Source: Choristocarpus tenellus KU-1152
Lineage: Eukaryota > Protista > Phaeophyceae
Assembly: GCA_964200185.2 (NCBI GenBank)
Contig: CAXNAD020000004.1
Location: 1-64,000, forward strand
Reading direction: 5' to 3'
DNA length: 64,000 bases
The translations under genes were made by a program, and so were the position numbers. The notes below the pieces were generated by a model. It was not told where the DNA came from. It saw only the letters and a list, made by a program, of their open reading frames with translations, and made no database searches. Below, in pieces: positions 12,595 to 27,050 of this stretch; the first letter of the stretch is position 1, and every line of letters begins with the position of its first letter.

Positions 12595-15500
12595 TTTTGA
12601 CTGTCTTTAACACAGCATTAAAATGGTGTAACACAGGGAACTGATATAGCAGTGACCCTAACCCTTATTGATGCATGTGTAGAGTAAGGGTTAGTGCATG
12701 GGTGTACATAGGTCACCTGCAGAGTAACCTACCCTGACTAGTGTGTCCATCTTACCTTCCCATTTTTTCTATTATATTAGTACATTGATTTATTATCATT
12801 ATTTTATCATTATTTTATCATTATTATTATTACTACTATTAATAATAATTTGTAACCCAACCCTCACTCTAGAAATTGATCTTCCTTTCCCTTACCCTTC
12901 CTCTCTCCCCTCCACACAGCATCACTGCCCTATAACCCCAACACAGAATACTCCACCATTATTACTAGTACTACTAATATCAATAATAAAATATACCCAA
13001 GCACTTCTAAGTTCGTGCTCTAAGTTGTTGGTACTCTCTCCTCAGACCTCAAAGATAAATACACAACCAGTCTTGAAAGCAACAGTCAACATTCACCACC
13101 TATACACAATTCTTATCATCATCTTTATTATTACTATTAATATTGAGATTATTAAAAAAAAACTATTATGGCAAGCTCACCTTGTTTCACTGATTCTTGA
13201 TAGTGGACTGGTTGTGTCAGTTGTTGTTTTTGGTCAAGATCCCCTTTTACACCATTAGATGCTCTTTCTGACCTGACCGGGCTATACCCTAACCTGCCAT
13301 CATCCCCTCTTAGGCCACCCATGGGGCTTCCCTTTGAGCTCCCTTTGGTTGTGTTAGTTGTGTTAGTCCTTCTTGTGCCATGATCCCTAACCCTACTGCC
13401 TTCTCCTGCACATGTTAAGTAACCAACAAACAACATTCACTTTAACAAACTTAAAAAAAAAATTCAAGAAGAAAAAAAAGTAAAAAATACCTTCTCCCTT
13501 CACTAACCCATATACAGCAACCAACAATCAACAAATATGCTAATGTCCTTAACCTTTTGATTACACATTAAAGAATACTCAAATTGCTTCAACAACAAAA
13601 AAAATGGCATAACGTACACCAGCGGACTAAGCCCATCCCTAACCCTAACCCTAACCCTATCTTGTGGCCATTTTTTCAGGTTTAGTATTTAATGACTATT
13701 GACTAAACAGGTACAACTTAGGTTGAATTCTTGACTATTACCATCCAGGGATGACTCCCAATGCAAGTACTCATGCTTCTCATGCAACTTGCGATATTCA
13801 TGTCACCAGTCATGCTTAACTTGGCCTATTAACTGTACACCAGGGAATCAACATACCTAAACAATATTCAAGTCCAAAGCAAGTCAATGATACAAAACAC
13901 ACAATCAATCCTTACAAATTTGACAATCAAGGCACATTCTACAACTTCTTACACACACAATACTTACAGCAATGATAATTAATATAAATATTAACATAAA
14001 TATAATAATGATAACAATAAAACACAACGACTGCCCCACAAGTATCCTTCAATAGTGGTACCATTGCAACTTCATGATGTCATACAGACAAGCCGTACCT
14101 CATGATGTCGAAATTGTTTATTCAATCTTGATAAATGATCCCAATACAAGATAGATACATGATAACCCTAACCCTAACCCTAATACATGAAACTGTAAAA
14201 GAAAGTGTGTGTTAAACCAATTGCTAGTTTGATCAATCCATACAGAGATCTCAGCAGCATAAATAACACCAAGCACAACACACACAACACACACAACACT
14301 ACTCATGGTGGACAAATTAACAAACCCTAACCCTCACTCTAACCAAATTACACTGGGGTAAACACAAGGCAACACTTCTTGGTGGAACTACATAATAAAG
14401 TATATTAATTAAAATTCAATAAAGTATATTAATTAAAGTATATTCAACAATGTATATTCAATAAAGTACATTCAATAAAGTATATACAATAAAGTACATT
14501 CAAAACCATTTATACAGTATGGTCAAAGGGAAGATGCCACTAAAGATCCGTATCTCTTAGCCCAAAGGCACAGGTGAAGGCAAAGACCATGGCTGTGGAT
14601 ACATGATAGATATCTCTCTCATTCATGTTGTGTGTGTCCCAACATTAACCCCACCTTTTCTGGGTGTTGAGGTGGTATTACTTTGAAGCATACTGGAACT
14701 GACTCCTCGAGTACTTGTTGACTTTGAAGCTGATGATGGTGGTTGTTGTTCCAATCCCCTATGATCATGTTGGTCATGGTGTTGTTGGCCATGTCCATGG
14801 TAACGCCTGTCAAGCTGTCGGAAAGATTCTTGATACTCAAGCAACTGTTTGGGTCTCAGGCCAGTGAGATATTTCTCCACCTTTGAGGGAAGGATGAAAG
14901 CAGTCAGTGCCATCAACAGTCCGTGCCATCAAGGGTTGTGCTATTATTAGGAATTATCAAGGAATTATCAAGGAATACCAAGGGAGCAGGGGAGCAAAGA
15001 GTCGTAACATTTCAATCAAAGCATACTAGTTAGTGGTTGACTAGTGGTGGAGTACACACAGACGTCACAAGATACAAGGTAGATAGATAGATAGATAGGG
15101 ACATCACAAGAAAAAAAGATAGATGGATAGGGACATCACTACTGGGTACGGCAAAAAAAAGATCACAAAAAATAAAACATTTCAAAGAGTGGCATGCTAT
15201 TTTAAAATGTAGAACATAGTAGACACACAAAACGTTACAATACAATACAATACAATACAATAAAATAAAATAAAATAATCATCCAGATGGGGGGAAGGAG
15301 GAAGCATTTTTTAATAACAATTAATAACCACCTAAACTCAGTGGTACAAAATCAATACCTTCAAGTTCTTTACTTCAGACTACAGCACCAGGGCATGACC
15401 TCTCTCTCTCTCTCTCTGAAAAGCTTCAAAATATTCAACATAACATAACGTTTGTTCAATATGTTGATCCTAGATACTGTCAGTTACAAACCAGTAACAG

Positions 15501-18500
15501 TCCAGTACATAAATCAACACCTGACCAACACACTAATAGTAATAGTAATTGCATGAGTCACTCACCTCCCTCTACTACTACTCTCAGTGAGAGTACTGAA
15601 CCAAATACACAAGAAGGAAGTCGGGAAGATAGGCAGTAAACTATCCCTACCCTATCCTTATTTATTATTATTATTATTGTTCACAGTGCAGCAGATAGTG
15701 CTACTATAATTATAAGAAGTGGTGAAGTGTGTGTGAAGTGTGTGAAGTGTGTAATGTGTGTGAAGTGTGTAATGTGTGTAATGTGTGTGAAGTGTGTGGA
15801 GTGTGTAATGTGTGTAATGTCACTGACCACACGTCGACATAATCCACAGACTAACATGATAACATGGTAACATGACGCAAAAATAATAAACAATAATAAT
15901 AGAAATAAAAATAAATTGTGAGGAAATAATAATAAACAAAGAATCAACAGACAATGCACACACTCCTTTGCTAATCTAATGGAATTACATTTACCATGCC
16001 CTACCCATGCCCTCTTACCAAGTTTGTGGTGTTGACTAGAGTTGACTAGAGTTAGGGTTAGGGTTGACTAGAGTTGACTAGAGTTGACTAGAGTTGACTA
16101 GAGTTGACTAGAGTTGACTAGAGTTGACTAGAGTTGACTAGAGTTGACTACTCACATCACTTGTGGTATGGTTAATCACATAGTTCTTTATTTGAACTAT
16201 GTGATTAACCATACCACACAATCCGGTATTTGGTAGTATCAACATATCAACATCTCATCAGCTAAGAACTTCACACATTTGGAGTACTACGCATAGAGTA
16301 GTAAGTACAATGTACAGCCAGAGACAGGTACAAGATGTTGACCAATGAAACAAGTCAGCACTTCTATTGTACACTCCCCTAACCCTAAGTTACCTCATCT
16401 CCCACTAGTGAGAAGACCTCCACTGTCAGCTCCCTTGCTGCATCCCTAACCTCTCCATTGCTGTGAGCAAATCCATTACACGACTTGCCATTGTTGTGTC
16501 CATCAAAGCATCACATTACATTACATCACATCACATCACATCATATCACATCATAGATGCATTGACATATGTGGACAGTCAAGCAGCACCAAAAACGATT
16601 TTTGAGAATCAATCAACATAATAACAATCAAGCAGAACAATATTCACATCCACACCATACAAGAAGGAAGATATCTTCATTTTTATATTTATTCATTATA
16701 ATTATTTGGTATATTTATTTATTACATTGGATACTATGGTAGTAAAAAATGACAAAGCATAGTGCATATTTTTATTATTATGTAACTATGTCAATTATTA
16801 TTATTATAACTCTTGAACTGCAGGATTAAAGTGTTCTCATCAAGCTATGTGGTACAACCCAAATGTTGATATGTCTCAGTTTGAAATGATAAACAGCACG
16901 AAATCTTTGACTATTACTTTTCTTATAATTAATACTTATAATTAATACTTGGAAGTAATTCTATTTTTAATCAACACATTCTATATACTCCATTGATAAC
17001 AGTGGAGATTTTGTTGACACATACTATACTGTACTATGTATTAGATATTATATGCCATATTAATATCTATTCAGTAGCTTCATATTATCCCTCCTATTTA
17101 GTACAGTATTACAGTGACCTCATCAGCACTCTCCACATTTATTGATCGACCCCCAATGCCAGGGCTAGGGTTAGAGCTATGGTGAAGGTTAAATATGCTT
17201 GAAAACGGGAGGTAGGGTTAGGGAAGAGTCAGTTCTTAGGGTTAGGGTTAGTATTGAATGACACATTCGACATTTTAAGGGTTAGGGTTAGTAATAGCAC
17301 TACTAGTTGTATGATACACAATAAAATCCAACTACTACCATAATAAGAATAACAATAAAATACACAAATAAAAAATAACAATAGTCAGTCCTTACATTGA
17401 TCATTGATGTATGGTGATGTGTGAATAAATCAGATGTATGTTGTGTGTGTCCACTGTAAATAGGTGTCAATAGGCAATATAGATTGTACATACATAATGT
17501 TTATTTCATTACCAGAGGTACAGTAAGAACTAGCTATATACATTCACAGTCTACCCTACCACTCTAACCCTAATTATGCTGATTTATTGGTAATGACTAA
17601 TGACTAGTGACTGATGACGAGTGAGAAGGCCCAATGTATGCACTCACACTTAGTACTTTAACTCAAAACAATAATGATAATAATAATATTGTGTTAGGGC
17701 TAGGGTGAGTTTGAATACCCTCTCTCACTATGTAGTGGTTCAAATATCTTAGGGTTAGGGTTAGGGGTTAGGGTTGGGGTTATGAGCACTCACTTCACAG
17801 GTGTGGTTGTTCTGTGGCTACATACATTTTGTTAAAACACATTTACATAATTTGTTTGGGTTAGGGTTATCCTTGACATCATCAATTCTTGACATCATCA
17901 ATTCTTGACATCTTCCAAAATATAAATAGTTTTCTCAAACTCAAAACTGCCAGTACACACATCCTTCTCACCCAAGTTGACCCACTACTATAAATAACAA
18001 TAACAATAACAATATTTTCACCGTAACCTTGATTTACATTTTTTTACCATAAACACCCCCCAAAAGGTAACAATAATAATAGTAAAGATGATAATATTGT
18101 TTGTAGTGCCATGAGCTCTTTTAGCATTGGCACTCAAGCCACTACATAACACACACCCATTGTCTCATCTTGCAGGTGTACTTAACTTGATAATGTAGAT
18201 AGATTAGAGTGTAGATTAGAGTGTAGATCACAATCATCACAATAATTTAGTTGAGAGTATATCTGACCTGCACAAAAGACATCACAGTCTCTTCTGCCAG
18301 CCCTGAAGTATTCCCTAGTCCAAACTCACGAAGTAGGTGTTGTAGTAGTGTTAGCCTTGCCTTGATGGGTCTCCATGCTGTAAGGAGCTTTTTTGGTAAT
18401 GGCTTTAGTGCAAGGTGACTGTCCATTGTCAAATATAAAAAAATAGAGAGAGAGATGCCATGCACCATGTAAGCAAGGGGAACAGAGGTGGGAGGTGTGG

Positions 18501-21500
18501 TGCAGGTTAATAACAATAATAATAAGATTGAATGACTGCATTGTGCTGTACCTACTTCAGGTGTAAGACAAAAAAATAATTCACTAATACAGTATACATA
18601 TCATAGTAAAATAATTCACTAATAGAGTATACATATCATAGTAAAATAATTCACTAATACAGTATACATATCATAGTAAAATAATTCACCAATACAGTAT
18701 ACATATCATAGTAATTACATAATAAAAATATGATTACACAAACAAGTAACCCAATATAGGTCTACCCTACTAATAGCACTTACAATAGATTAAGTACAAG
18801 TATAACATCAATTGCTCTAACCCTACCCCTAGCGAGTGTAAGCTATCAACATTAACCATTAAAAAAAGTCAGACAAGTATAAAGAAGAGCTCTCTCTCAA
18901 CTAGACCAATAACTGATTGCACTTCACAATCATTATTTCAAATACATCCCTGCTAATTGCCTAACCCTAATCCAATCAAAATACATCCAGAAAGACCTTA
19001 CATTGATATCAGTCTTGCAATGATGTTAGTGCCCTGACACCTCATCAAAATATCATACTATCATACTATACCCAACTAGACCAAGGACTATTGAGGGATG
19101 ATTGTCATCATGTACCTAAGACTAACCCTAAAAAATATACTCACATACAATTTACCATTGTTTGATCATCATCATCATCATTATTATTATTATTATTATT
19201 AAAAATATATATTTCTACTATTATTAATATAAGACCTTTACCTCACAGCAAACCAAGTGATTCTCATCAATTAACAAAATAGCATAATTAGAGTAAAATT
19301 ACATTAACTGTCATGAGGTTAGAAATATTACAAAAAATTAATTTAACACTAATTCCACCATCTATCCGTATAACACATCACATCACAGAAGAGGTGGACA
19401 CATCACACATACATGTATCATACCTCTTATGACCTATTGTGTGGCAACAATATGATCAATGGTCACAATCAATGGTTACAATCAATGGTTACAATGTGTA
19501 CAGAGATGATAACATGTTGTACAGAGATGGTTAATATAATATAGGAAAAAAAATGCAATCAAGTACACTTGCAAACACCTGCTGATCTTTTATTGACACT
19601 GGTTGTTGACATTGATTCTTGATATTGATTGTGGACATTGATTGTTGACATTAATTCTTGATATTGATTGTTGACATTGATTGTTGACATTATTTCTTGA
19701 AATTGACTCTTGGTATGGGTTCTTCATTGATTCTTGACATCAATTCTATACCCCTCTACTACAGTGGTATACCTGTTACTAATAGTTAATATCATCATCA
19801 ATAGAACATGGTATTGCTTTGAAATACCATATTATTATACTACTACTAAATTGAAATAATAAAAATAATACTTGACCGCCTTGTTACTATTATTGCTATT
19901 ATTATTCTTATTGTACCTCACAAAAGAAGGACCAACACTTCCACAGCGAGCAACAGTAGTCAATCCCCCCATAGCCCCTTCCCTGATCCTAGCCTGTCCA
20001 TCACCAAGCTTGAGGAGGAGGGTGGCCACGGTTGGCTCCAGAGCAGTGACAACATGATTGTGTCTTGCATCCTTACATTTTTCAATAGACACAACTGTCT
20101 CCTGTATCAGTTCTAGCGTTGACAGGAACACCTTCATTTACAATGTAAGGTACAAGGTACAAGGTTTGACTTGCATGACATTTGACACAGACCACTACTA
20201 CTCCTCAAACAAGTACAGCACCTGATATCTATCTTTCTCACCCACCCAACTAGAGCTTATCGCATGACTCCTTTTCAAAAGGTTTGTGTGTGTATGTTAA
20301 GCCTGACTCAAATAACCTTTACATCAACATGAGTACTAAACACCAAACACAAAATAACCACATGGTCAGTAAGTACTCAACAATATCCACACTATATCAT
20401 TCTCACACTCCTCAGGTAATATATCAAGTCCGAAGAGGGCAATGAGACATGATGTGACACGACATGATGTGATGTGACATGACACAACAAGTCACACAAA
20501 AGTAAAAACAATTGGTTAAGACATGACATGACATGACACAACAAGTCACACAAAAGTAAAAACAATTAGTTAAGACATGACATGACACCCATACGACCAA
20601 CATTCCGAAATTTAACCGTAAGACATGTTGGTTCAATGTTGGTTCAATGAGTGTCCAAAAATTTTGCTCTAACCCTAACCCTGTGCAAGGATTGTAAAAA
20701 AAATCTGTTCCAAGGGTGTTCATATTTCTAGACGAAAGGTGCTACTTTTAGGTTTAGGTCTCAATGTTGAGTACAACGATATTGGTGATTTCTTCACATT
20801 AGGGTTAGGGTTACAATATGTATAACCTCAACCACTGCCTACAACAGAGTACAAACCATATTGTACTGGATAACTCTTACACTATAAGAGTATCTTATCA
20901 ATAATGCAATGTTTCCATTAATAGTAGTATAGTAGAACATTTTGAAGAAAAGCATAGTAATATATATATAAAAATGACAAAGTATCAATCAGGGAAACAA
21001 ATACAGTGTAGAAAAAAAATCTTTGTATCTACAACTTTGAACCAAATTTGGATATTTGATATGCCTATTAATATGATTATTAATATTACTATTAGAGCAG
21101 TTGAGCACTTTCATGTACTATTGATAAGAATTTCTTTCAAACCAGTAAGTCAAGATCTCTCTCACCTAATATCTTGGCTGTCACATTTAGTCACCCCCAT
21201 TGTAGTAGTGGTACATTGTGGTACATTCCACTCTCCTTATGGTATATTTGACACTTATTGTGGTACATTTCACTCTCATTGTGGTATATTTGACTGACCT
21301 GTGCTATTTTGTCCTCACATCCTACCCTTAGCACCTGGCAAATCTCTCCCAAGGCAGAGTTGATGCCTGGGTCTTTTTCAAGACTCTGGAGAGATAATTT
21401 CACCTGTGTAGGTAGATCAAAACACAACACACAACACACAGCAGACATCATGCATTACACAATTTTCACATTTTCATCATCGAACGTCATCAACAATTTT

Positions 21501-24500
21501 AACACTCGATTAAGCGCAGTATATTAGCAAGTACAGTACCAAGTACTAAGTACAGTACCAAGTACTAAGTACAGTACCAAGTACAGTACCAAGTGCAGTA
21601 CCAAGTACCAAGTATCAAGTACAGTACTAAGTACCAAGTACCAAGTACAGTACTAAGTACTAAGTATCAAGTACAGTACCAAGTACTAAGTACCAAGTAC
21701 AGTACATATACTAAAGAAGTAGATACACACTATTAGTCAGTCTAGGAGTGTAGACAGTCTAGGAGTGTAGACCCCAAACAGTTCAGGTATCTGTACTGTT
21801 TTAGCTACCTTAGTTACTTAGGTATCTGTTTAGTACTAGATTCATTGTGTTGATCATCACACTAATTGATAAAACAGTTTACAGACACAATTAGTACTAC
21901 TTTAACACTCCTGGTACTTGCTAGAGAATGGTACTTGCTAGAGAATGGTACTATGTGGCTAGTACTTGTTTCAGTACAGTACAATCAACTAACTGGTGCA
22001 TTAATAGGACATACCAGAGACTGCTGACCCATTGGTTATACTCATAGTTGTTGCCTACTACTTTGTAGTAAGTATTGTACTAGTAGTATCTAAATGTCAA
22101 TCAATATTAATAACTTTGTAGTAAGTATTGTACTAGTAGTATCTAAATGTCAAAAATATCAATATCAATATTAATATTAAAAATTATAATTGACCACACA
22201 CAACATTAAAGGCAGGGGACATTGAGGGGCTAACACCTAACAACATGATTGAAGGAGAAAAGGGTCAGGATATGTCATTAATCAGGATATGTCATCAACA
22301 CATCCTTCGCTGTCACATCAGATTGGACTAAACTAAACTAAAATACACTAGACTTGACTAGACTATTTATAGGATAGCTCATCACTTGAACTGACTCCAG
22401 CATTAGAATGTCAACATTCTTGTAACATCCTTGTAACATCTTCAGAGTACATACTATAATTTTTTTTTATAGATGAGTCAGTCTAGAGCACAAAGACATG
22501 TGTCTCAGTCTAAGCCACAACTAGGATATTAATTGGAAAATTCAAGGAAAAGATCAAGACTTTGTTAAGGAGACAAATCAAACACCATCCAAATGCCATC
22601 CTAAGTCTGTTGAATCAGAGCACCTCAATGAACCAGATGCATTCCTTGATAACTTGTCATTTCACTGTTTCTAATAAAAATAAAATAAGTTAATAAGTGC
22701 TATAATATATGTGTGACTGGTGGTAAGATTGTACCATTAGCACTAGAGACTGATGCTAACGCTAACACCTTACTAAAAAAAAAACTCAAAAGAAAGTGTT
22801 ACCATTGAGACCAAGACACACCTTGACTATTGCAGCCTCTCTCAGAGACCATGCCTTGCTGTATAGGCACTGTGTGACATATTCCCCAAAGAGGCTTGTC
22901 AGACCCTGCACCTAACCTCAGGTGTGTATCACAGGTTAGAGTTAGGATTAGTATCACAGGTATTTATCACAAATCACACAAAGGAAAGAGACACAGTCAA
23001 ACAAACATGTAGTATCATTATTATTTCAACAATAGTATAAACAAATAAACATAACTATTGTTGTTTTACCACAGAGATTGTTGTTTTACCACAGAGGGGA
23101 AGGCAACTGTTACAACTCATACAAAATTCACACCTACAAAGTGTGTGATCCATACAATACTAATATTTATACTATATATGCTAATACTCATACTAATCTA
23201 GGATGACAACCAAAATACTAGTATCAATACTAATCTAAAATGACAACCAAACATACTAGTATTAATACTAATCAAGGATAATAATAATAATTATTATTAT
23301 TATAATCAACAAGAGGCGCCCAGCAACATCATCAACCAAACATACTATTATTAATACTAATCAAGGATAATAATAATTATTATTATAATTATTATTATTA
23401 TAATCAACAAGAGGCGCCTAGCAACATCATAAACCAAACTGGTACCAAGCAGGGTGTATTTCAATGACTTCACCCTTCACACAAAAGGTACACTACTAAT
23501 GGTGTACCATATAATGTCAATACCATAACTACCATCAACCAACCATAATGATGGTAACTTTAACATATACTAGTAGGTACAAAAATCTTAATAATATTAA
23601 AAATAATAATAATACTCTCACCTGCTGCCTTTGTTGTACTACTATTAGTCACAGAATATGTGTGTTGTGGAATGATACAATTCAATTCCATAGCACAACC
23701 TTCATCACCAGATATGATATGGTGTATGTAATAATATACTGATTGATTTTAATCAGTTTTGATTTAAATTGTTGTTAATAGCACGTGACAACATACATCA
23801 GTGAAAAAATGGAATACACTACCAAGCGTCATACAATACAATATAAACAGAATACAATATGAACAGAAAGAACACTTCATCTGGTTATACTTCACCCAAA
23901 TGTCACCCATGTCACTCAAATGTCTTACCCACTACACTAGTATCATAATGATCTAATATCATAATTATCCAGTAAATTAGAACATAACATGTTGCGAACC
24001 TGGTCCTTGAAATAATAATAATAATAATAATAATAGTAATGACATCAGCAAACAGGTAGTTTTCAAATGAAAGGGATGAAAGAGGACACTGTAGAGTAGA
24101 CAATGCAATTTAGTGTATTTAGTATATTTTAGTACAGCTACAAAAAAAGGTATAAATGACAAACTAAGGTATACCTTGAATCCTAGGGTAGTGCATTTGA
24201 CTGACAACCATAAATAACACTGACCATACGGCCAAAAATGGTAAGTCACAATTTGGTCACAATTTGGTCTAGTCCAGCATTGTACAGGAAGCAATTGGCA
24301 TGGAGTGAGGGGATGAATCAACTTGACAAATCAACTTGAAAAATCAACTTGAAAAATCAACTTGACAAATCAACTTGAAAAATCAACTTGAAAAATCAAC
24401 CTGAAAAATCAACTTGAAAAATCAACTTGAAAAATCAACTTGAAAAATCAACTTGAAAAATCAACCTGAAAAATCAACCTGAAAAATCAACTTGAAAAAT

Positions 24501-27006
24501 CAACTTGACAAATCAACTTGAAAAATCAACTTGAAAAACCAACTTGAAAAATCAACTTCAAACTGAAGGGTGGGGCAGTGGTGTCTGAAATCATATTGCA
24601 AAATAGCATCATGAGAGATAGATCATGAGAGATAGCTGCATGCACACTGATTGGTAGAGGCTATGGGTTCACCATATGAACCTTTTCATTGAGTGATTTG
24701 AAACTGGTGCATTGAGTGTCATTGGGTAAGAGATTTCGAAGAGATGTTGAGGTGCATTAAACACCTGACAAAAACAGGCACTACCTTTCACAGTGGATCT
24801 GACCTTTGATGGGTGATGGGTGGTTCTTGTAGCTATAATTGTAGATATAATTAGTAATAATTGTAGTTATAATTGTAGCTATAATTGTAGATATAATTAG
24901 TAATAATTGTAGTTATAATTGTAGATATAATTGTAGATATAATTAGTAATAATTGTAGTTATAATTGTAGATATAATTGTAGATATAATTAGTAATAATT
25001 GTAGTTATAGGGTGGTGTGGTGTGTGTTGGGGTGTGGAAGTGGCTCACTCTGGATATACTCACCAACCCTAACCTTTCAGTCCAGCCATAGTCACCACTG
25101 TCATTTCTTAACAATAAAAAATGTTACTTCTACTCTGGAATTGACTATTAACAACATTTAAAAAAATACTTCAATAACTTACTATTAATAGTACATGGAG
25201 TACTCTTGTAGCCAATAGGGTACTATCTATCAAGAACATCATTTATCAGCAGCATAACGTATGATTTATATGCCTGTATTGATCATGATTGTCTCTCAGC
25301 CTGTCTGGCTTGTATTGTACACCTCTCTACTTCTCTACTTCTGTACCTGTACCTCTCTACTTCTGTACCTGTATATCTCTACTTCTGTACCTGTACATCT
25401 CTACCTCTCTACCTCTCTACCTCTATACCTGTACCATATAGCTCACCTCTGACAGATCGACCTTGGCACTAAGGGCCTCTGGCATCTGTAACTCCTCAAG
25501 ATTAGGAACACCTTCAAGGGGATGTTGCCCAGGAGGAAAGCCAGTGCCAGGGTTAGGAACACCATCAACGCTTAACCCAAACCCCTTTGCACCATCCGGT
25601 TGTCCCTGTTGCCCCTGTTGACCCCAGCTTTGGGATGCACCTCCTGATCCTGGCCTGGTTTCACCTGAGATATTCAAGAGTATGGTTAAGGCTATTCACT
25701 GACTCTGGCTGTTACAAATAGTCATATTTCAACCACCATGCAAGTGTAAGTTCAGCCTGAGGTTTGGGAAGATAGTCAATTCTCCTAATATAGTATAGAA
25801 TGACTGCTACTAATGGTATAAAATAGAAATATTTAGTAAAGTATTTTCATTATGTTTCTGTGAGGAGCACTTCACAGAAAAAGTTGTCTTTCCCATCAAA
25901 AATTGTCCCTTCCACTTTCAGAATAATAAAAAAGGTAGTGAATGAACCTCACAATTGCATTACAAGCTACTATATAGCACACTAATTACTCAGTAATTGA
26001 ATAATAATACAAATATTAACAAACACAAAAACATACATATGAGAGAGTATACCATGGACACACACCGTCAAAAGACTCCCTAACCCTAACCCTATCCCAG
26101 AGTATACTGTTTGAAACAAACAAAGAATCAACAGTTTTGAGAAAAGCTTCATCCTCATAGTACTCCTTTGTGAAGGTGAATGGAACATTTTGCTACTACT
26201 AATAGTATAAGAAATGTCAAACACCACCATAAACAACTAAAACACCAACTCTTGAACTGCACCATACAAGTACTAGTACTAGTACTAGTGCTAATACTAA
26301 TACTATTACTTTAGTATCATGGTTAGTACCAAACAGGTACTTTGTGGTATTACACAATAATAATGATAATAATAATAATAATATTGCACATGTTGATTGT
26401 CTATGAGGAGTGCTTGTAGTTAGTCATGTCACTTGTTATTTGTTAGCAGTAAGAAAGGGATGTACCCTCTGAAGCAAATGTTCCAATCAATTGCTAATTA
26501 TATGAAATGTGACTTAACAAATAGGTCATCCATTCAAAGCAACTAGAGTTAGGGATAGGGTTAGTCAAAGTACTTGTCAACAACATGAACAGAATCAATG
26601 TAAACCTTACATAATATCAACATAATATCAACATAATCCTTGACATTTCCAAGAAACAATGACCTATTTTCTTCTACTAACATGATATTATAATATGATA
26701 AAAAATTCCCAACAGGTATGGTATGTCAAAAGGTTACACTGACTTTCCTTTTGAAAAAATGTCTTGACAATTCTTGCAGGTGAGGTTGAGGAGTTGTCTG
26801 TCATTATAGATGGTGCATCATGACACTCTTTGATGTCTTGTGATGTATTTTGATGTGCTATGATGTCAAAACAGAGTGTGAGAAAGAACTGAGAAAGAAC
26901 TGAGAAAGGAGATCAATTGAGATGGTGATATCTTTGGCAAGAACAAGAACATTCCTACCACAATCAATGCAATACTTCTGACAATCATTGTACATTACAA
27001 AGCACG

Positions 27007-27050
<44 letters not shown>

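Noticed and set aside
12349-12600. Poly-Phe ORF
   Set aside because: Poly-T tract spanning an assembly gap.
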